A stretch of DNA of 64,000 nt from Eledone cirrhosa (GCA_964016885.1 OZ024740.1:299336001-299400000), one strand, 5' to 3'; numbered from the stretch's first letter, positions 15,463 through 31,074 are shown. Made by a program: numbers and translations. Notes: generated from the sequence alone by a model not told the origin.

Positions 15463-16282
15463 TACAGAAACACAAAACAGTCCACATTGAGAAACACGTT
15501 CTATTCGAAACTGAAAATAGACGATCGATTCATTTCGGGGACAGCCTCATAAATCGGTGTTACATATGACAATGATATACAGAGCAAAGATTGAGTTATA
15601 TCATTTTATTTATTTTACTCTCGTTTATATGATTTTGCTCACAATTTATTTTTCATGAAGCATTCCATAGTTGCAATTACAATAAAGTAGGTCATATTAT
15701 TTGAATCATACCCACCTCATCTGGGAGATTTTTGCAATATATATATTCGTCATTAAATAATGGCAGAAGCCTTCTTGTCTTAGATAGACATATTTCCGCG
15801 TCGTGGGCCCTCATCTTCACATACAGTCACTTGTAACCATCACTGAACACGATACTTCTTTTCCCAAGACCTATGCAGACATATCTTGAAGCATTCTATC
15901 TGTACAAACATTTCCTTTTTTTGGGGGGGTTAAGTATGTGTTATTTAATCACCGAAACTATTGTATGTAGGATAGAGCATTCCAGGAAGTACACAAGTGG
16001 GTCTCTTTACTCCGGAGTATAATCATAATCATGAAGTACAAGTCAACAAGCTAGAATTTATTTCATTTATTCATAATCATTGTTATATATATATTTCGGT
16101 GATAAGTGTTTTGCAACAGTTATCATCTCATCATTGATATGTCCCGCACACCCACATACACGCACACACACACACACGCACTCACACCCACACCCACACA
16201 CGTACTCTAGAACACAATTTGACGCTCGATCTACATATCTAAACCAAAGATTTGTGATCATGAGTTCAACATTACCAACCAC

Positions 16283-16610
16283 TATCATCATCATCATCAT
16301 CTTCTTCTTCTTCATCTTCATCTTCATCTTCTTCTTCTTCTTCTTCTTCGCCCACTTATTTGTGAGAGGGTCGTGGTGTCAAAAATCTTCAAACACCCCT
16401 TCCAGCATGTCCTGTCAGAAGCAACCCTTTCCAACTTATCTGACTGGATCCCCAAGCGATGACAGCTAAGCTCATGGATGTTATCCAACCATCTTGCTCG
16501 CGGACTAGCCCTAGATCTCCTGCCGGTTGGTTTTCCCTGTAAAATCTGTCCAACGATTCATTCCTGAGACATTCTAACCGAATGTCTATAGTATCGGAGC
16601 TCTGATCTAT
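16283..16610 (-). mobile_element. Possible LINE 3' fragment with (GAA)/(GAT) tail
   Basis: GC-richer segment ending on the minus strand in trinucleotide repeats; coding similarity is weak. Confidence 0.35.
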
Positions 16611-17339
16611 CAATTCTGAGAAGTAGCGGTACCATCGAAAGGGACTTTGGGGGTAACACTACGAATGAGTGCATAGCTCGGAGATCTATGTATACATGAA
16701 CAAAAAAATTAGAGCATGGTATAGTGTTTAAAGATCTTTAGAATAAAAAAATTAACGAACACGTATATTCAATTATTGAAATCGGAACATGTACATTTGA
16801 TAGAGCTCATTTCTGATAATCAAACTTGCTAATCTCTTTATTGCTAATCGCATTATTATATGTATTCATGAATTCGTGATAAAACTTAATGACTTCATTT
16901 AAATCCACCTGTTGTTGGTATTGCTGTTTAACTCACTGTACAGGTACACGATTAAAATATAATATGATACGAATAGGATATCATTGGTATTTCTAATTCA
17001 TCGAGCGTTTGGAATTTCGAAACATTACTAAATTGTTAATCTCTAGTAATCTATTACGTGTTCCAACCGACATGCTGAGGCCATTGATGTAAAAGGGAGT
17101 ATCTTTGCTTCCGCCTTTATTTGTGCTTCACCTCGTGCTGTGGGTTCATCCAGGTTCTTGGTGAGTAGAATGTCGAGATGTCTATTGAAAACATCTATAT
17201 TGCCGTCCATGGGTAATTATTAATAATTTATCATATATTAATACAAAATGTGAAAATATGAAATTGAAACCAGATTAACTAACGAGATGTAACGTTAATA
17301 TGTAATGAGTTAACTGAGACATGGAATCCTGTGCAGATA

Positions 17340-17790
17340 AGCCATACCACAAGCATATAGATAAAATGCAATATATTAACAGATGCTACATCCCCCTAGG
17401 TTTAAAAGCAATCTAGTCTCTAATATCAACCATGCGATTTCTACACTTTCATTCACTAAATACTTATTTGTTATGTCAGCACCGTACTACAATAAAGCCC
17501 TTCTAGGTAGTGACTTCAAGAACAAGATTGAGTGCATACCCAACCAACCCCAACTAAACAACACTAAAAATAAAAATAGAAGTAGAAAAATAATCTGGCT
17601 CACCCTCAATGAAAATACTATTATAGGTAAGAACTTCTTAGATGAGATTGCCTCAATGAAAAGACTAGTATAGGTAAGAACTTCTTAGATCAGATACGCA
17701 AGCATTCCCCCACCCACAACATAGCTACAATAAAATATTCAGCAAGTGCTCTGTGAAGACAAGCTACTCCTGCAGACCCTGCATGAGATC
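17340..17790 (+). pseudogene. PLE RT thumb/linker fragment
   Basis: HPP...ISTLS...APYYNKAL..S.F...KNRSRKIIW...IGKNFL followed by KIFSKCSVKTSYSC; short internal duplication of tataggtaagaacttcttagat. Confidence 0.75.
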
Positions 17791-18625
17791 GAAACTATAT
17801 GTCGAACACAAACTTGATGAAGATTCAGGTTGATATTGCAAGATAGAAAGAATACCCTCTACAATAGATCTGTTATATCAAGTCCATTGTATATGAGGCT
17901 GAATTTACACCTATCACCACCACCCGTGAAGAGAGCGGTGAAAACTTTATAGTACAAGATTAATTTAAATATCGATGTCGCTAACATGCATCTTCTTTTA
18001 GCCGCCAAAGCCCTGTAAAAATCGAGTCTGGTTGTTAGATGAGAAATGCCACAAACAATATTCTGGATTGCTCCAAGATTTGAGCGTATCGAAAAAATAT
18101 CTGAAGTCAAAGAACGAGCTGTTCAACGGTTGCTTACAACCTAATATATAATTGCTTTCATCGTGGAAAAGCAACAGCTCAGAACTCCAGTCGTCACAAA
18201 TAGAAGTGCTACATCGGCCATAATTCCAACTTATTAACTATTATTTTTGTATGTCACTCTTTTCAACATCTTACAACACTCTATCATTCAACTCGAATTA
18301 TTAACAACAAAATGAACACAGAAATACGGAAACATACAGGACATGACAGCTATTCACAACAAGAGTCGCCTCCGTTAGAAAATGGCTGAACAATTTTTCG
18401 AGTTGTGAGCCCTTTCCCCATGTGACTTCTGTTCATTCAGACATCACTCTTACACAGATGAATTAGGCCTTAGCGTCGCATCGCTGCTTTACGCATGATG
18501 TACCACCGCATACAATTTACATATCAGTGATCTGAAACCTAAGGTAGTGCAATACATGCATTAATTATAATATATATATACATACATACATACATACATA
18601 CACACATACATACATACACACACAT

Positions 18626-18682
<57 letters not shown>

Positions 18683-18737
18683 CAGAGAGAGAGAGAGAAA
18701 GAGAGAGATGCATATATATGTATATATAGATATGAGG

Positions 18738-18968
18738 TGGCTAGGCATGGTGTTTATGGTGCTTGGCTCATGATCGTTCGGTAGCGAGCTCGATCCATGG
18801 TAGTGCGTATGTCACTAATAACAGGGGGCGCAAACTCTCCTATCCCGATGTCATCTCCAGAAAATCTGGTATTGAAATCCAGAATTGGGCAGCGGCAATG
18901 AACGACAGACCCACGTGGAGATCAATTGGTAAGTCGATATCCGCTGAGGACGCCGGATGATGATGATA
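18738..18968 (+). mobile_element. tRNA-like head joined to an RTE-type LINE 3' end with (GAT)n tail
   Basis: Degenerate A/B boxes (ggcatggtgtttatgg; gagctcgatcc), then GRKLSYPDVISR...AMNDRPTWR and gatgatgatgat. Confidence 0.5.
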
Positions 18969-19189
18969 TCTCTGAGCTAGACATTTTATTTCATGTTCCA
19001 ATATTCCAGTCACTTTAGTAGGAGCTGTAATTCAAATACTCGTGGAGGTCTCTCTAAATTTTCCTGAAAAGTACGTTAAGGACCCTCGTGTCTGCGGATG
19101 ATCAGACACTTATATGTTATTTTCATGAGTAGGCAATTCCATTGATTGAATCAATTTGAATTTGAGGAAACGACGTCGTATAGGAAGGA

Positions 19190-21180
19190 GATACACACAG
19201 AGACACACACACACTGAAACACACGGACACACACACACAGACACACACACACAGAGACACACACACACTGAAACACACAGACACACACACACAGACACAC
19301 ACACACTGAAACACACAGACACACACACACATACACACACACATACGCAAACATACTGAAACACACATACACACACACACAGACACACACACACTGAAAC
19401 ACACAGACACACACACATATACACACATACACACTGAAACACACACACACACACACAGAGACACACACACTGAAACACACAGGCACACACACACAGACAC
19501 ACACACGCTGAAACACACACACACTGAAACACACAGACACACAGACACACATACACACATTGACAGACAAAAACACACACACATTGACATACAAATAAAC
19601 ACACAATGACACACACACACACGGCCACACACAATAGAACACATGAACGCACAAAGAGACACTCACGCTGCCACACACAGAGCTACACACCGACATACAC
19701 AATTACACACACACAGCCACACATATAGACACACACACACACACACAGCCACCCATATAGACACACACACACACACACACACATTGATGCACACAGATCC
19801 ACATACAGACACACACAGCCACACACAGAGAGTCACACACTGACACACACAGAGACATATAGAGCCACAGATAGATACACACACTGATACACACATAGGC
19901 ACACACGCAGCCACATACATAGACACACAAACACACTGATATACACAGAGATACACTCAGCCACACGCAGTCAGACACATTAACACACAGAGAGACACAC
20001 TCAACCACATACGGGGTCTCACACACTGACACACACACAGAGATACACAGAGCCACACACAGTGACATACACACACAGACACACACAGACACACACAGAG
20101 ATACACAGAGCCACACACAGACACACACAGACACACACAGACACACACAGACACACACAGACACACACAGAGATACACAGAGCCACACACAGACACACAC
20201 AGACACACACAGACATACACAGAGATACACAGAGCCACACACAGTGACATACACACACAGACACACACAGACACACACAGACACACACAGAGATACACAG
20301 AGCCACACACAGTGACATACACACACAGACACACACAGAGATACACAGACACACACAGACACACACATTAACACACACAGAGCTACACACAGGCACTCAC
20401 AGTGACATACACAAACACACACACAGTGACATACACATCGACACACACATAGACACAAAGGGCAACACAGACACACACATTAACACACACTCAGCGACAC
20501 ACACACAGCGACATACACACATCGACACACACATACACAAAGAGCCATACAGACACACACATTATCACACACTCACCCACCCACACATACACACACACAC
20601 ACACACACATACACACAACGACACACACATAGACACAAAGAGCCACACAGACACACACATTAACACACACTCGACCACACACACACACACAGGCACTCAC
20701 AGTGACATACAAAAACACACACACAGCGACATACACATATCGACACACACATAGACACAAAGAGCCACACACACACACACATTAACACACACACACACAC
20801 ACAGCGACATACACACATCGACACACACATAGACAGAAAGAGCCACACAGACACACATGAACACACACACACAGCGACATACATACAACGACACACACAT
20901 AGACACAAAGAGCCACACAGACACACACATTAACACACACACAGACACACACACACACAGCAACATACACACAACGGCACACACATAGACACAAAGAGCC
21001 ACACAGACACACAGATTATCACACACACAGCAACACACACACACAGCAACGTACACACAACGACACACACATAGACACAAAGAGCCACACAGACAACAGA
21101 CACACACATTAACACACACACACACACACGGCGACATACACACATCGACACACACACATAGACACACATAGACACATACA
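19190..21180. repeat. Complex CA-based minisatellite with several sub-arrays
   Basis: Successive unit types marked by ctgaaac (19.2-19.55 kb), agagatacacagagcc (20.0-20.35 kb) and cgacacacacatagacacaaagagcc (20.4-21.15 kb). Confidence 0.9.
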
Positions 21181-21418
21181 TATGCTGATTGAATGTATAA
21201 GGAAAGTACAAATGTTGAAATATGAATGTGTGTGTATGAGTGTTTGTGAGTATGTGTGAATATACTAGTAAGTGAGTGTGGAAGTTTGTTCGTTTGGATA
21301 TACTCCTGTTGCTATGGAAAATCAAATGAAGAATAATCAATAAATAACTCTTTCACTGCGGAACAATTCGATAATAAACTATAATTTTTATTTCTTATCT
21401 TGGCACCCCTAAAAGCAC

Positions 21419-21419
<1 letters not shown>

Positions 21420-21462
<43 letters not shown>

Positions 21463-21469
21463 GCGCTTT

Positions 21470-21516
<47 letters not shown>

Positions 21517-21662
21517 GTGTGTGTATGTATGTATGTATGTATATATGTGTATATATGTGTATGTATGTATGTATATATGTGTATATATGTGTATGTATGT
21601 ATGTATATATGAATATGTATGTATGTATATATCAATATATATATATATATATATATGTATAC

Positions 21663-21718
<56 letters not shown>

Positions 21719-21850
21719 ATGTGTGTGTGTGTGTGCGTGTGTGTGTTTATGTATGTATGTATGTATATATGTGTATATATGTGTATGTATGTATGTATAT
21801 ATGAATATGTATGTATGTATATATCAATATATATATATATATATGTATAC

Positions 21851-21915
<65 letters not shown>

Positions 21916-22134
21916 TATATACAAACATACACCCAGCCACACACACACATACAAACACACATACACATACACACATACACACACACATTACATACGTAAA
22001 TTACATACTAAATTATGTTTTATATGTATATATATATAAAACATAATTTAGTATATATGTACGTATGTATAATTATAGTGCCTACACATGTATATATTCA
22101 TATGGATCTGAGAATATGCATGTGTGTGTGTGTG

Positions 22135-22200
<66 letters not shown>

Positions 22201-22258
22201 CATGTGTGTGAGCATGTGTGATGCACACACACACACACACATATATGTATATATATAT

Positions 22259-22289
<31 letters not shown>

Positions 22290-22362
22290 CGTGTGTGTGT
22301 GAGTGTGTAACATATCTTGCATCTATGTAGCTATGCATGTATCTATCTATCCATATTATATA

Positions 22363-22424
<62 letters not shown>

Positions 22425-22547
22425 TTAAATTTATTATGCATATATATGTGTGATAATTTTGTTTGTATGTTTGTATATATTGTGTATACATGTATGGATA
22501 TTTGTATGTATATTTGCGCCTATTGCCTACATATATGCATATAAATA

Positions 22548-22601
<54 letters not shown>

Positions 22602-22770
22602 ATATAATACATACATATATATGTATATATATAATACATACATACACACACACAGACATATATATATATATATATATATATGTGAGTGTGTGTGTGTGTG
22701 TTTGTGTATATATATATATATATATATATACACATGATATAATGCGTGTGTGTTGTGTGTGTGAATATAC
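21420..22770. repeat. Compound microsatellite field with a ~185-bp internal duplication
   Basis: gaatatgtatgtatgtatatatcaat...gtatacatgtg occurs at ~21610 and ~21800. Confidence 0.9.
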
Positions 22771-23830
22771 ACGCGGCTAAAGGGTAAAAGCGAACAAGAG
22801 AAGAATAGAAAGGTTGGAGAGGAATGAAAAACAGAGACTAAGTTGATGATAGTGGCGGTGTTATTTCGCACGGTTTATTCTGTTTACGGATATTGCCTCT
22901 GTAAAAGATTGATCTCACTCTAGTATTGTTATTACAGTAACATCTCACTACCACCGTCACTGCTATTCCTGAAACCAGCAACACCAGCCAGCACCAATAA
23001 CATCATTATCATTGCCACCAGCAAGTATTATTACTACGTATTAGTATAGCTATCCCCGGCATTAACTCACATCCTGGCATTATCACAATAGCAACGACGA
23101 CCAAGACAAACTTTGCCGTGACGACCACCACCACTAACCACATTTATTGATTGTAGTAACGCCATTTATTGGTATCCATAGGCGTACTTCGATTAGTAGC
23201 CCTTCCCACTGACCCTCGTGATGTTTATTAATGCAGTCATACTAATACTGTCCAATGAGAGAGATTCTATGCAATCATTTGATTGCTTAGAAATAGCTGC
23301 TAAATCTTCATCAAAACACACTGTATCGTATTAGAAAAGTATGGATACATTGGATAACTATGCGCTTTTGTATTGCGGTTAGGTGAAACATGGATACTTA
23401 AGACTGCAGTGCTAATGATGTCAGATCTGTTCAAATAAATTCGACCCGGGTACTAAACAACAGGAAAACAATAGCAAGTGCATTGCATATTATTCCCTTT
23501 TACACCTTTCATCACCATTAATATAGCCACCTCGATCATAACCATATACTCACCATGTCATCATTTCTGTAATTTGGCGTGTAGTCAGAATGATGGTCAG
23601 AATCCATGATCCTTACTATGGCATCCAAGACTTTTGGAGAATGAAGAAACTTATCCTCAAACCAGAGACCTGGGCTGAAGACTTATAACAGCCTTGATTC
23701 CAAGTGGTAGTGTTAAATCGAGTGAAGGATTAAATCTACCACCCGTGGTAGTGTTTGATCTCAGAACACAAAAAGGCGGAAACAAATACTGCAAGTAATG
23801 TCATCCAGCAGTCAAATGTCCCATAATAAT

Positions 23831-24197
23831 TGTTTCTAAATTTGGCACAAGGACAGCAATTACCCAGTGGCACTGGTACTTTATTTTATCGACCACGTAA
23901 GGATGAAAGGCAAAGTTAACCTCGGCGGGATTTGACCTCTGATCGTAAAGGGTCGTAACTCTATGCTGCAAAGCATGGCGTGCGACCCACTACCGATACT
24001 GCTAACCCCCCCCATAATAATTGTCCTTGATTTAGACACAAACCCAACACTTTTAAGGGAGGGGGATTAAATCGGCCCCAGTACGTTACTGGTACTTTAT
24101 TTTATGGACCCTGTAAAGATGAAAGATAAAGCTAACCTTGGCGGAATTTGAAATTAGAACGTAATGGGCTGACACTCTACCGATACTGCCAATCAAC
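23831..24197 (-). mobile_element. Two tandem SINE-A copies
   Basis: Reverse-complement SINE-A bodies; cccataataat occurs before, between and after them. Confidence 0.85.
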
Positions 24198-24586
24198 TGT
24201 CCCATAATAATAATATATTTATCGACTCTAGTAAGATAAACTGTATCTTTGACCTAGACGGAATATGAAATCAGAAATCTAAGGGTTGGTATTCGCTATA
24301 ATATAATAATATTGTAAATGCTATTATTAATTCATCATATGCCTCTAAAGGAATTTTAAGGGATGTTGGTACTTAGTAGTTCTAGTTGGAATGTATGAAG
24401 TAGATTTGAGATACATCTAACCATGAATAAAATGTTAGTCAATAGAAAAACAAGACACTGTTAAATACTCGAAATTCACCTGGTACCAATTCCTCGCCAA
24501 AATTAACGGTCGAATAGTAGAAGAATATAAATATTATATCGAAGAAATTCTTTGATATGATTAATAAGATTATTTCTACAGACTAT

Positions 24587-24768
24587 GGATTGGCAGTATC
24601 GGTAGAGAGTCGGACGCCATGCTTTCCAGCATAGTTACGTCCTCCCTTTACGGTCTGAGTTCAAATCCCGCCGAGGTTAACTCCTGCCTTTCATCCTTAC
24701 GGGGTCGATAAAATAAAGTACCAGTAATGTACTGGGTAATTGATGGCCTTGTGCCAAAAGTAGAAACA
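24587..24768 (+). mobile_element. SINE-A with 18-bp target-site duplication
   Basis: TSD attatttctacagactat at 24569-24586 and 24769-24786. Confidence 0.92.
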
Positions 24769-27059
24769 ATTATTTCTACAGACTATAAATACCATAGGGT
24801 AATAAATAGAAGTACTGTTAAATATTTTTTCTCTACCACCCCAAACTTAGCTGATATTTCCTCTGGTACTTCCATATAAATAGTTATTACCGGAAATACA
24901 ATATGACATCTAGTTTTGAGCTCTATTTTGCTCATAATACTAATTACCACTACCAATTTTGATTCATATACTCAAATATTTTTAACATAGGAACACAATA
25001 TTATTTGCCGACATCCTCACTAACTGTATACTTTCCAAGACAACCTGTAATTTAGTAATTACGTGCTGACTATTCTTTACTGAAGAGGTCAAATATGTTT
25101 GGAATTATCACAAAGATACTAAATATCATAGCCCCTGCATATCTCTAATTAAATTGTGGTAAACTGAAATTTCAGCGTTCTTTCACATCTCACATTTCAG
25201 ATAAATTTTCAGCGACGCTAATAGACTTTTCTCAAATTTCGGTTATAATTTCAATCCATTGAAATTATTTCCGGCCCATTAGATTAAGTATAATAAACTG
25301 CATTTAATAATAATGTTAGTTATATAAAAGATTCTAGTACTGTATATCATTATCACCTATAGTGTCATATTTCATCTCTGGTTAGAAGTATGCTTCTGTT
25401 ACTAATAAAACCCATTCGCAATTCATAGAGATTAAACCCAAAATTCACATTAGATGTATCATCAATAGCTTACAAACTTACATAGAACAGGCTGAATAAC
25501 TCCCATAAACAACATATAGTCTTAAATCTTCTATCTCTTAAATAGCAACATAAATATAAGGACGCTATAAGCTATGTACAAAGGCAAAAATGAGTCAGTG
25601 ATATAAAAGAATTACACAAATTCCTATACGCAACAATCTAAATACACAATGTATCGCTAAAAAGATGTAATAGTTGCGTAGGCGCATAGAATAATGTATA
25701 GGATATATAATTTACGTATCAATGCAAGTAAAATAACCCATATGACAATAGATATCTGTTCCAGATAATATAAAATTACATACTACTTAATGAGTAAATC
25801 GTAGGCAATAAATGAACACGACTGCAAACATTAAAATGATTAACACAAAAAAAAATATTTGCTTTAAATAACAGATTATAAATGTATGGGATTCGCGATA
25901 TGGAGCTTTCTTAATATTAAGCCTTTGAAAACGCCCCTCTCTCAGATTCTAATGGAATACGTGGTTACAATTAGCTGATAAAATACACACTAAAGAAACA
26001 TTCTTTTACAAAACAAAGCTAAATATATTAAAAATATTAGATATTCTCCATATGCTGTAAAAACAACGAAAGCTGGACATACAGAAACGCAACACAAAAG
26101 ACTTCAAGTAAATCTGAATCTTGGTGCTCCAGCATGAGCTTGTCCATTGTGTCTAGAATAAACTAAAACAAAGAAAAAATAAACACTTATGGAATATAAT
26201 TGTTTCCCACATTTTGTGATTAAAAGAAACAAATTCTTATAATTTTACATGTGTCGGCATTTAACTAGGATACCCTGAACAGAATCTAAACAGTGAATTT
26301 CCAGCATCAAAAATGGAAGACTATGCACGGTGACTGCACAATGGACATCAAGTACTTTCGGGTCCCAAATAATAGGGAAGGGTTGAAATAAGCGCGGGTG
26401 GGGGTGGACATTTGCTTAAATTCTTATAAGAAGGGCTTTGGAATAAATGGGGTAGGGGAGGAATCGATAATTGTATAGAGTACGTTCGTAAATATAGGAT
26501 TTCTTATGTTCTATTTTTGTCATATATAGTTTTTAGTGTAAAATAAAGTTATTAGATTATCCAGCTGCTGTATCAATAAGAATCACTTACATTTCAATTT
26601 CGTTGGTGATAGATTAGCAAAATTTAATAAGCGAGGGATATGTGGACAAATCTGATACAATTAATAATCGGGAATGAGGAGGGGGGGGGGGGTATTATTG
26701 AAGACCTGAATGTATACGAACACAAAATATTAAATCAAAATCTGACATGATCGTACTTATTTACGTTTTCAGCTATTCACCCCCATTCCATACGCCATTC
26801 GGGAGGGCCTCTGGTGCAACTGCTTAATGAATAGCTTCACGTTAGATTACGTGACCAGACCTCAGTTTTGGTGAATCAATGAATTGGTGGAAACTGTTCT
26901 TCTTTGGTTGTATCTTTTGTAGATGGTGGATCTCTTATATTAGACAGAAATGCATCTATGATGCGTTTAAAAGGTCCGAAAAGAAACGTTTTCACGTTCC
27001 CTAATTTTAATTTTGGGTGGTGGGATTGGAGTGAAGCGGATGATTATACAACTGAAGTT

Positions 27060-27290
27060 TTTTAAAAATGAACTGGGCATGAACATGCGGATATTCTCAC
27101 GAAGATGGTGCCGAGGCTGCTGAACCCTGACTAGACTTGCTGGGAAGTGACATCACCGGCGAGAAATCATAGCTCTTCGAGTACGATCCGAAGACCAAGC
27201 GTGAAAGCCACCACGAAGGTCGTAACGACAGAGCTGTGGGGGATCCCAAGAGAATCCTTCCATTAGTGTATGGATACGTGTTGCAGAAGG
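27060..27290 (+). pseudogene. mariner transposase remnant
   Basis: KMVPRLLNPD (cf. WVPREL motif) and ITGEKS*LFEYDPKTKRES (cf. ITGDEKW..YDP.TKRQS). Confidence 0.75.
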
Positions 27291-27294
27291 ATGG

Positions 27295-27844
<550 letters not shown>

Positions 27845-28029
27845 AAATATGTAGAACATATGGACAAAACCACCCAACCTGTTGATCACAAGACTCCCCC
27901 ACCCCTGAACAAGGTGCAAGTCCATTGCTGAGTTAAAGCCCCAAGTTATTGCTGGTACTCACCTTCAACGGAGTATATCGGAGCAGCGTGAAATGAAGTT
28001 ATTTGGGCCCAGGATTTTACTACTTTATA

Positions 28030-28720
28030 TCTATATATCCAAAATTAAATTAAGGCTGTCATGTCCGAGAGAAATGCGCCATATCCACTGTAGAATAAGC
28101 TCAAAGATTCCAATGAATAGATCCGAGCATTTTATATGATTTAATTGATTGACATATATATATATCTAAAATAAACACATCAAACAATCACAGGGGATAA
28201 TTTGTAAAGTGTGCAGGCACACACAGCTAGGTAGGTAACTAATTAAAGTTTAACTAGAACTTCAAATATAGATACCTTTTAAAATGATTAATCTTCCTTG
28301 TATATATTTCATTAAAGAAATATATTTAACCATTAATCCGTAAAATCACAGTAGTCAAATACGGATTTTCAATAAGGGAGGACATTTAACTATCTGTGTT
28401 TACACAGCAAATGGAAATCTGCGAATGACCCGTCGCACGTGCTGCATTTAAAAAAAATACACATATCGTACCAGCGTCATCCGAGTGGCGTAAATAGGAT
28501 TATCGACAGCTAGAAATAGCAGCCCAGTCCTTTCAGCTGAGTCAGTTCTACAATTAAGGGGCCGTATATATATCCAAAATTAAATTAAGCATTTGCTGTG
28601 TAAACACAGATAGTTAAATCTTGTTGAAAATACGGGATTTGACTACTGTGATTTTACGCATTAATGGTGAAATATATTTTTTTAATGAAGTATATACGAG
28701 GAAGATTAATCATTTTCTAG
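28030..28720. mobile_element. Rearranged copies of a Helitron-like non-autonomous family
   Basis: tatatatccaaaattaaattaag at ~28032 and ~28567; ~130-bp inverted arms 28281-28412 / 28590-28716; CTAG ends. No clear 3' hairpin. Confidence 0.45.
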
Positions 28721-28851
28721 TTGATATATATATATATAAAGAGAGAGAGAGAGAGGAGGACAAAGAGAGAGAGAAAGAGAGATAGCGTGATATACAGAAG
28801 ACAAGGGGTGGATTGCAATAATGAAGGAAACATTTTCCCCGTTATAGATTA

Positions 28852-29432
28852 CTAGCAGTGTTTCCCGGCGTTGCACGGGATAAGGTATGTTGGAACGCTG
28901 GCCGCCAACAGACCTAATCGTGGAAAAACTGCCTACCTGGACAATATGTAAAGAAAATAAACCGAATATTCTGATGGCTGGATATTCTTTAAGATTTTCC
29001 TCGATGAAGCAGGAAAAATGCAGGTTTTCACCTAATGCGGGCCCTAGGTGATCAAGAAAATGAATTTTTTTATGTGCATAATATGCCTTGAAATTTCGGG
29101 AAAATCGGCTAGACGTAGCGCCTCAAAAAAGCCCTAAAAAGCTGAAATAATGAAGTTTTTCACCTAATGCGGGCCCTAGGCCATAAAAAAGTTGGATTTT
29201 CTTTGCTCACGGTATGAAGAAGAGATTGACTAATACATAGTTACAATTTCAAGGAAATCGGTCTGACGTAACGCCTAAAAATAACCTAAAAAGCTGAAAA
29301 AATGCAGTGTTTCACCTAATGTGGGCCTTATGGGATGAAAAAGTTGAATATATTATGTGCATAACACTCCCTAAAACATAAGCAATACACATGTAAAGTT
29401 TGAAAAAAATCGGTTGGGTACTTCTCGGGTTG

Positions 29433-29502
<70 letters not shown>

Positions 29503-29575
29503 TACATACATACATACATACATATATACATACATACATACGTCCTTCCTCAGGTTTATATATATATATATACAT
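28852..29575 (-). mobile_element. Non-autonomous Helitron
   Basis: Minus-strand 3' end cccgtgcaacgccggg hairpin + ctgCTAG; microsatellite near 5' end; three internal ~130-150-bp repeats containing tttcacctaatgYgggcc. Confidence 0.8.
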
Positions 29576-29869
29576 ATATAGATTAAAATAACAGATTAAA
29601 GTTTAAGCAAAGGTTCGTTGCTTTCCAACTTAACGGGATCTTCTGAAACTAAAAACATCAATCTGTGAACGCAGAAGTAAATATTTTGAAAAACGTTGCA
29701 ACTGAAGGAAAACAGGAAGACGATACTTTGGTTCGTGAAGACGTTCCCTGGCAATGAACGGAAAATAGCGAACATAATACCTCATCAACGTTCGTCAGAA
29801 TGTCGTAATGCAGACAGTAAGGCATACAGACAGATATTATAAGGGCGCTACGGAGATGGATAACCGGCG

Positions 29870-30019
29870 CCTAACACCCCCTTAACAACAGAAAATTGAA
29901 AAATAGAGGCTGCAGTTAGACGCAAGTTTGAAGTCAATCGGAGTAGAAATGTGGATTTGTATAGACTTTACAAAAATGAGTACACACACACAGACAACAA
30001 CAGTTTTATATATATAGAT
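29870..30019 (-). mobile_element. Helitron-like 5' end
   Basis: Minus strand starts aTCtatatatataaaactgttgttgtctgtgtgtg, a typical Helitron 5' pattern; 3' end not identified. Confidence 0.4.
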
Positions 30020-31015
30020 GATGGTGATTTCCCCCAAATTAAGAAATTCAAATGTTCACAGAAAGATGTAAGCCTTTATTTAAGCCCCCCCCCCCCCCCA
30101 CACCTGTTCTACTTGGAAATATTTTTGTGTGGGAATTTCTACAGTGGTTTTTATGCACTGTTGTCATCTCCAACAACTCAATCAAATACATTGTAATCCA
30201 ATTGCCATAAAAGAACCCGTTACAAAACATACACTCAGGTCTCGAATAATCGTTACCTATCCCGCTTATTAATTCTAACATTTTTCCACTCGCCTCTCTT
30301 ATTCCGGTGAATTTTATTTTAATTGATAGCATTCCTGCGACAATTAATTTTCTTCATACATTAAAAAAACATTATACATGACAATGAAGAACATTACAAC
30401 AAATCCCGTATGTTATAAAACAAATAAGATGGGTTGAGGGTCTCAATATGTAAATTAAACGATAATTCTGGTTTTTTAAAAAATCAAGGGATTCTAGAAA
30501 AATTATCCATTTTCAACTCCGGGAGTATATGATAGCGGGGTGTCTACCGATTAAACACCCAACATTCTTAGTGATCTTTGTGTTTAAGTTTCGCAGCAGT
30601 GCATGGAGTATCTATTTTATGTTTCGTAGAGAAAAATCTTCGAAATAGCATTTAACCGTTGAGTCGTATCCATTTTATTTTGTTTTTATTTCTGGAAGAC
30701 ATTAAAAATGTTTGCCTTACTCAATTTAGAAACTGTGTCTGTCTTGAATTTTGAATCACGTTGAGGAGATTCTATTTAAATAGAAATTCGATTTTGTTAT
30801 TAACCTTTCATGACATAACGTTCTATTGTGAAGTATATATACATAGAAATATATATGTATGATTCTATAAAAAATATATTGAATCTACTGTTTCGTTGAG
30901 CTAATAGTACTTACAACATTATTGTTACACTACACACGTACGTACGTACATACACACACACATATATATATATATATATACATATATACGTGTGTTTATG
31001 TGTGATTTTGTGTGC

Positions 31016-31062
<47 letters not shown>

Positions 31063-31074
31063 GAGAGAGAGGGG

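Noticed and set aside
19190-21180. CRISPR-like repeat-spacer array
   Set aside because: Eukaryotic context, low-complexity non-unique spacers, no cas genes.
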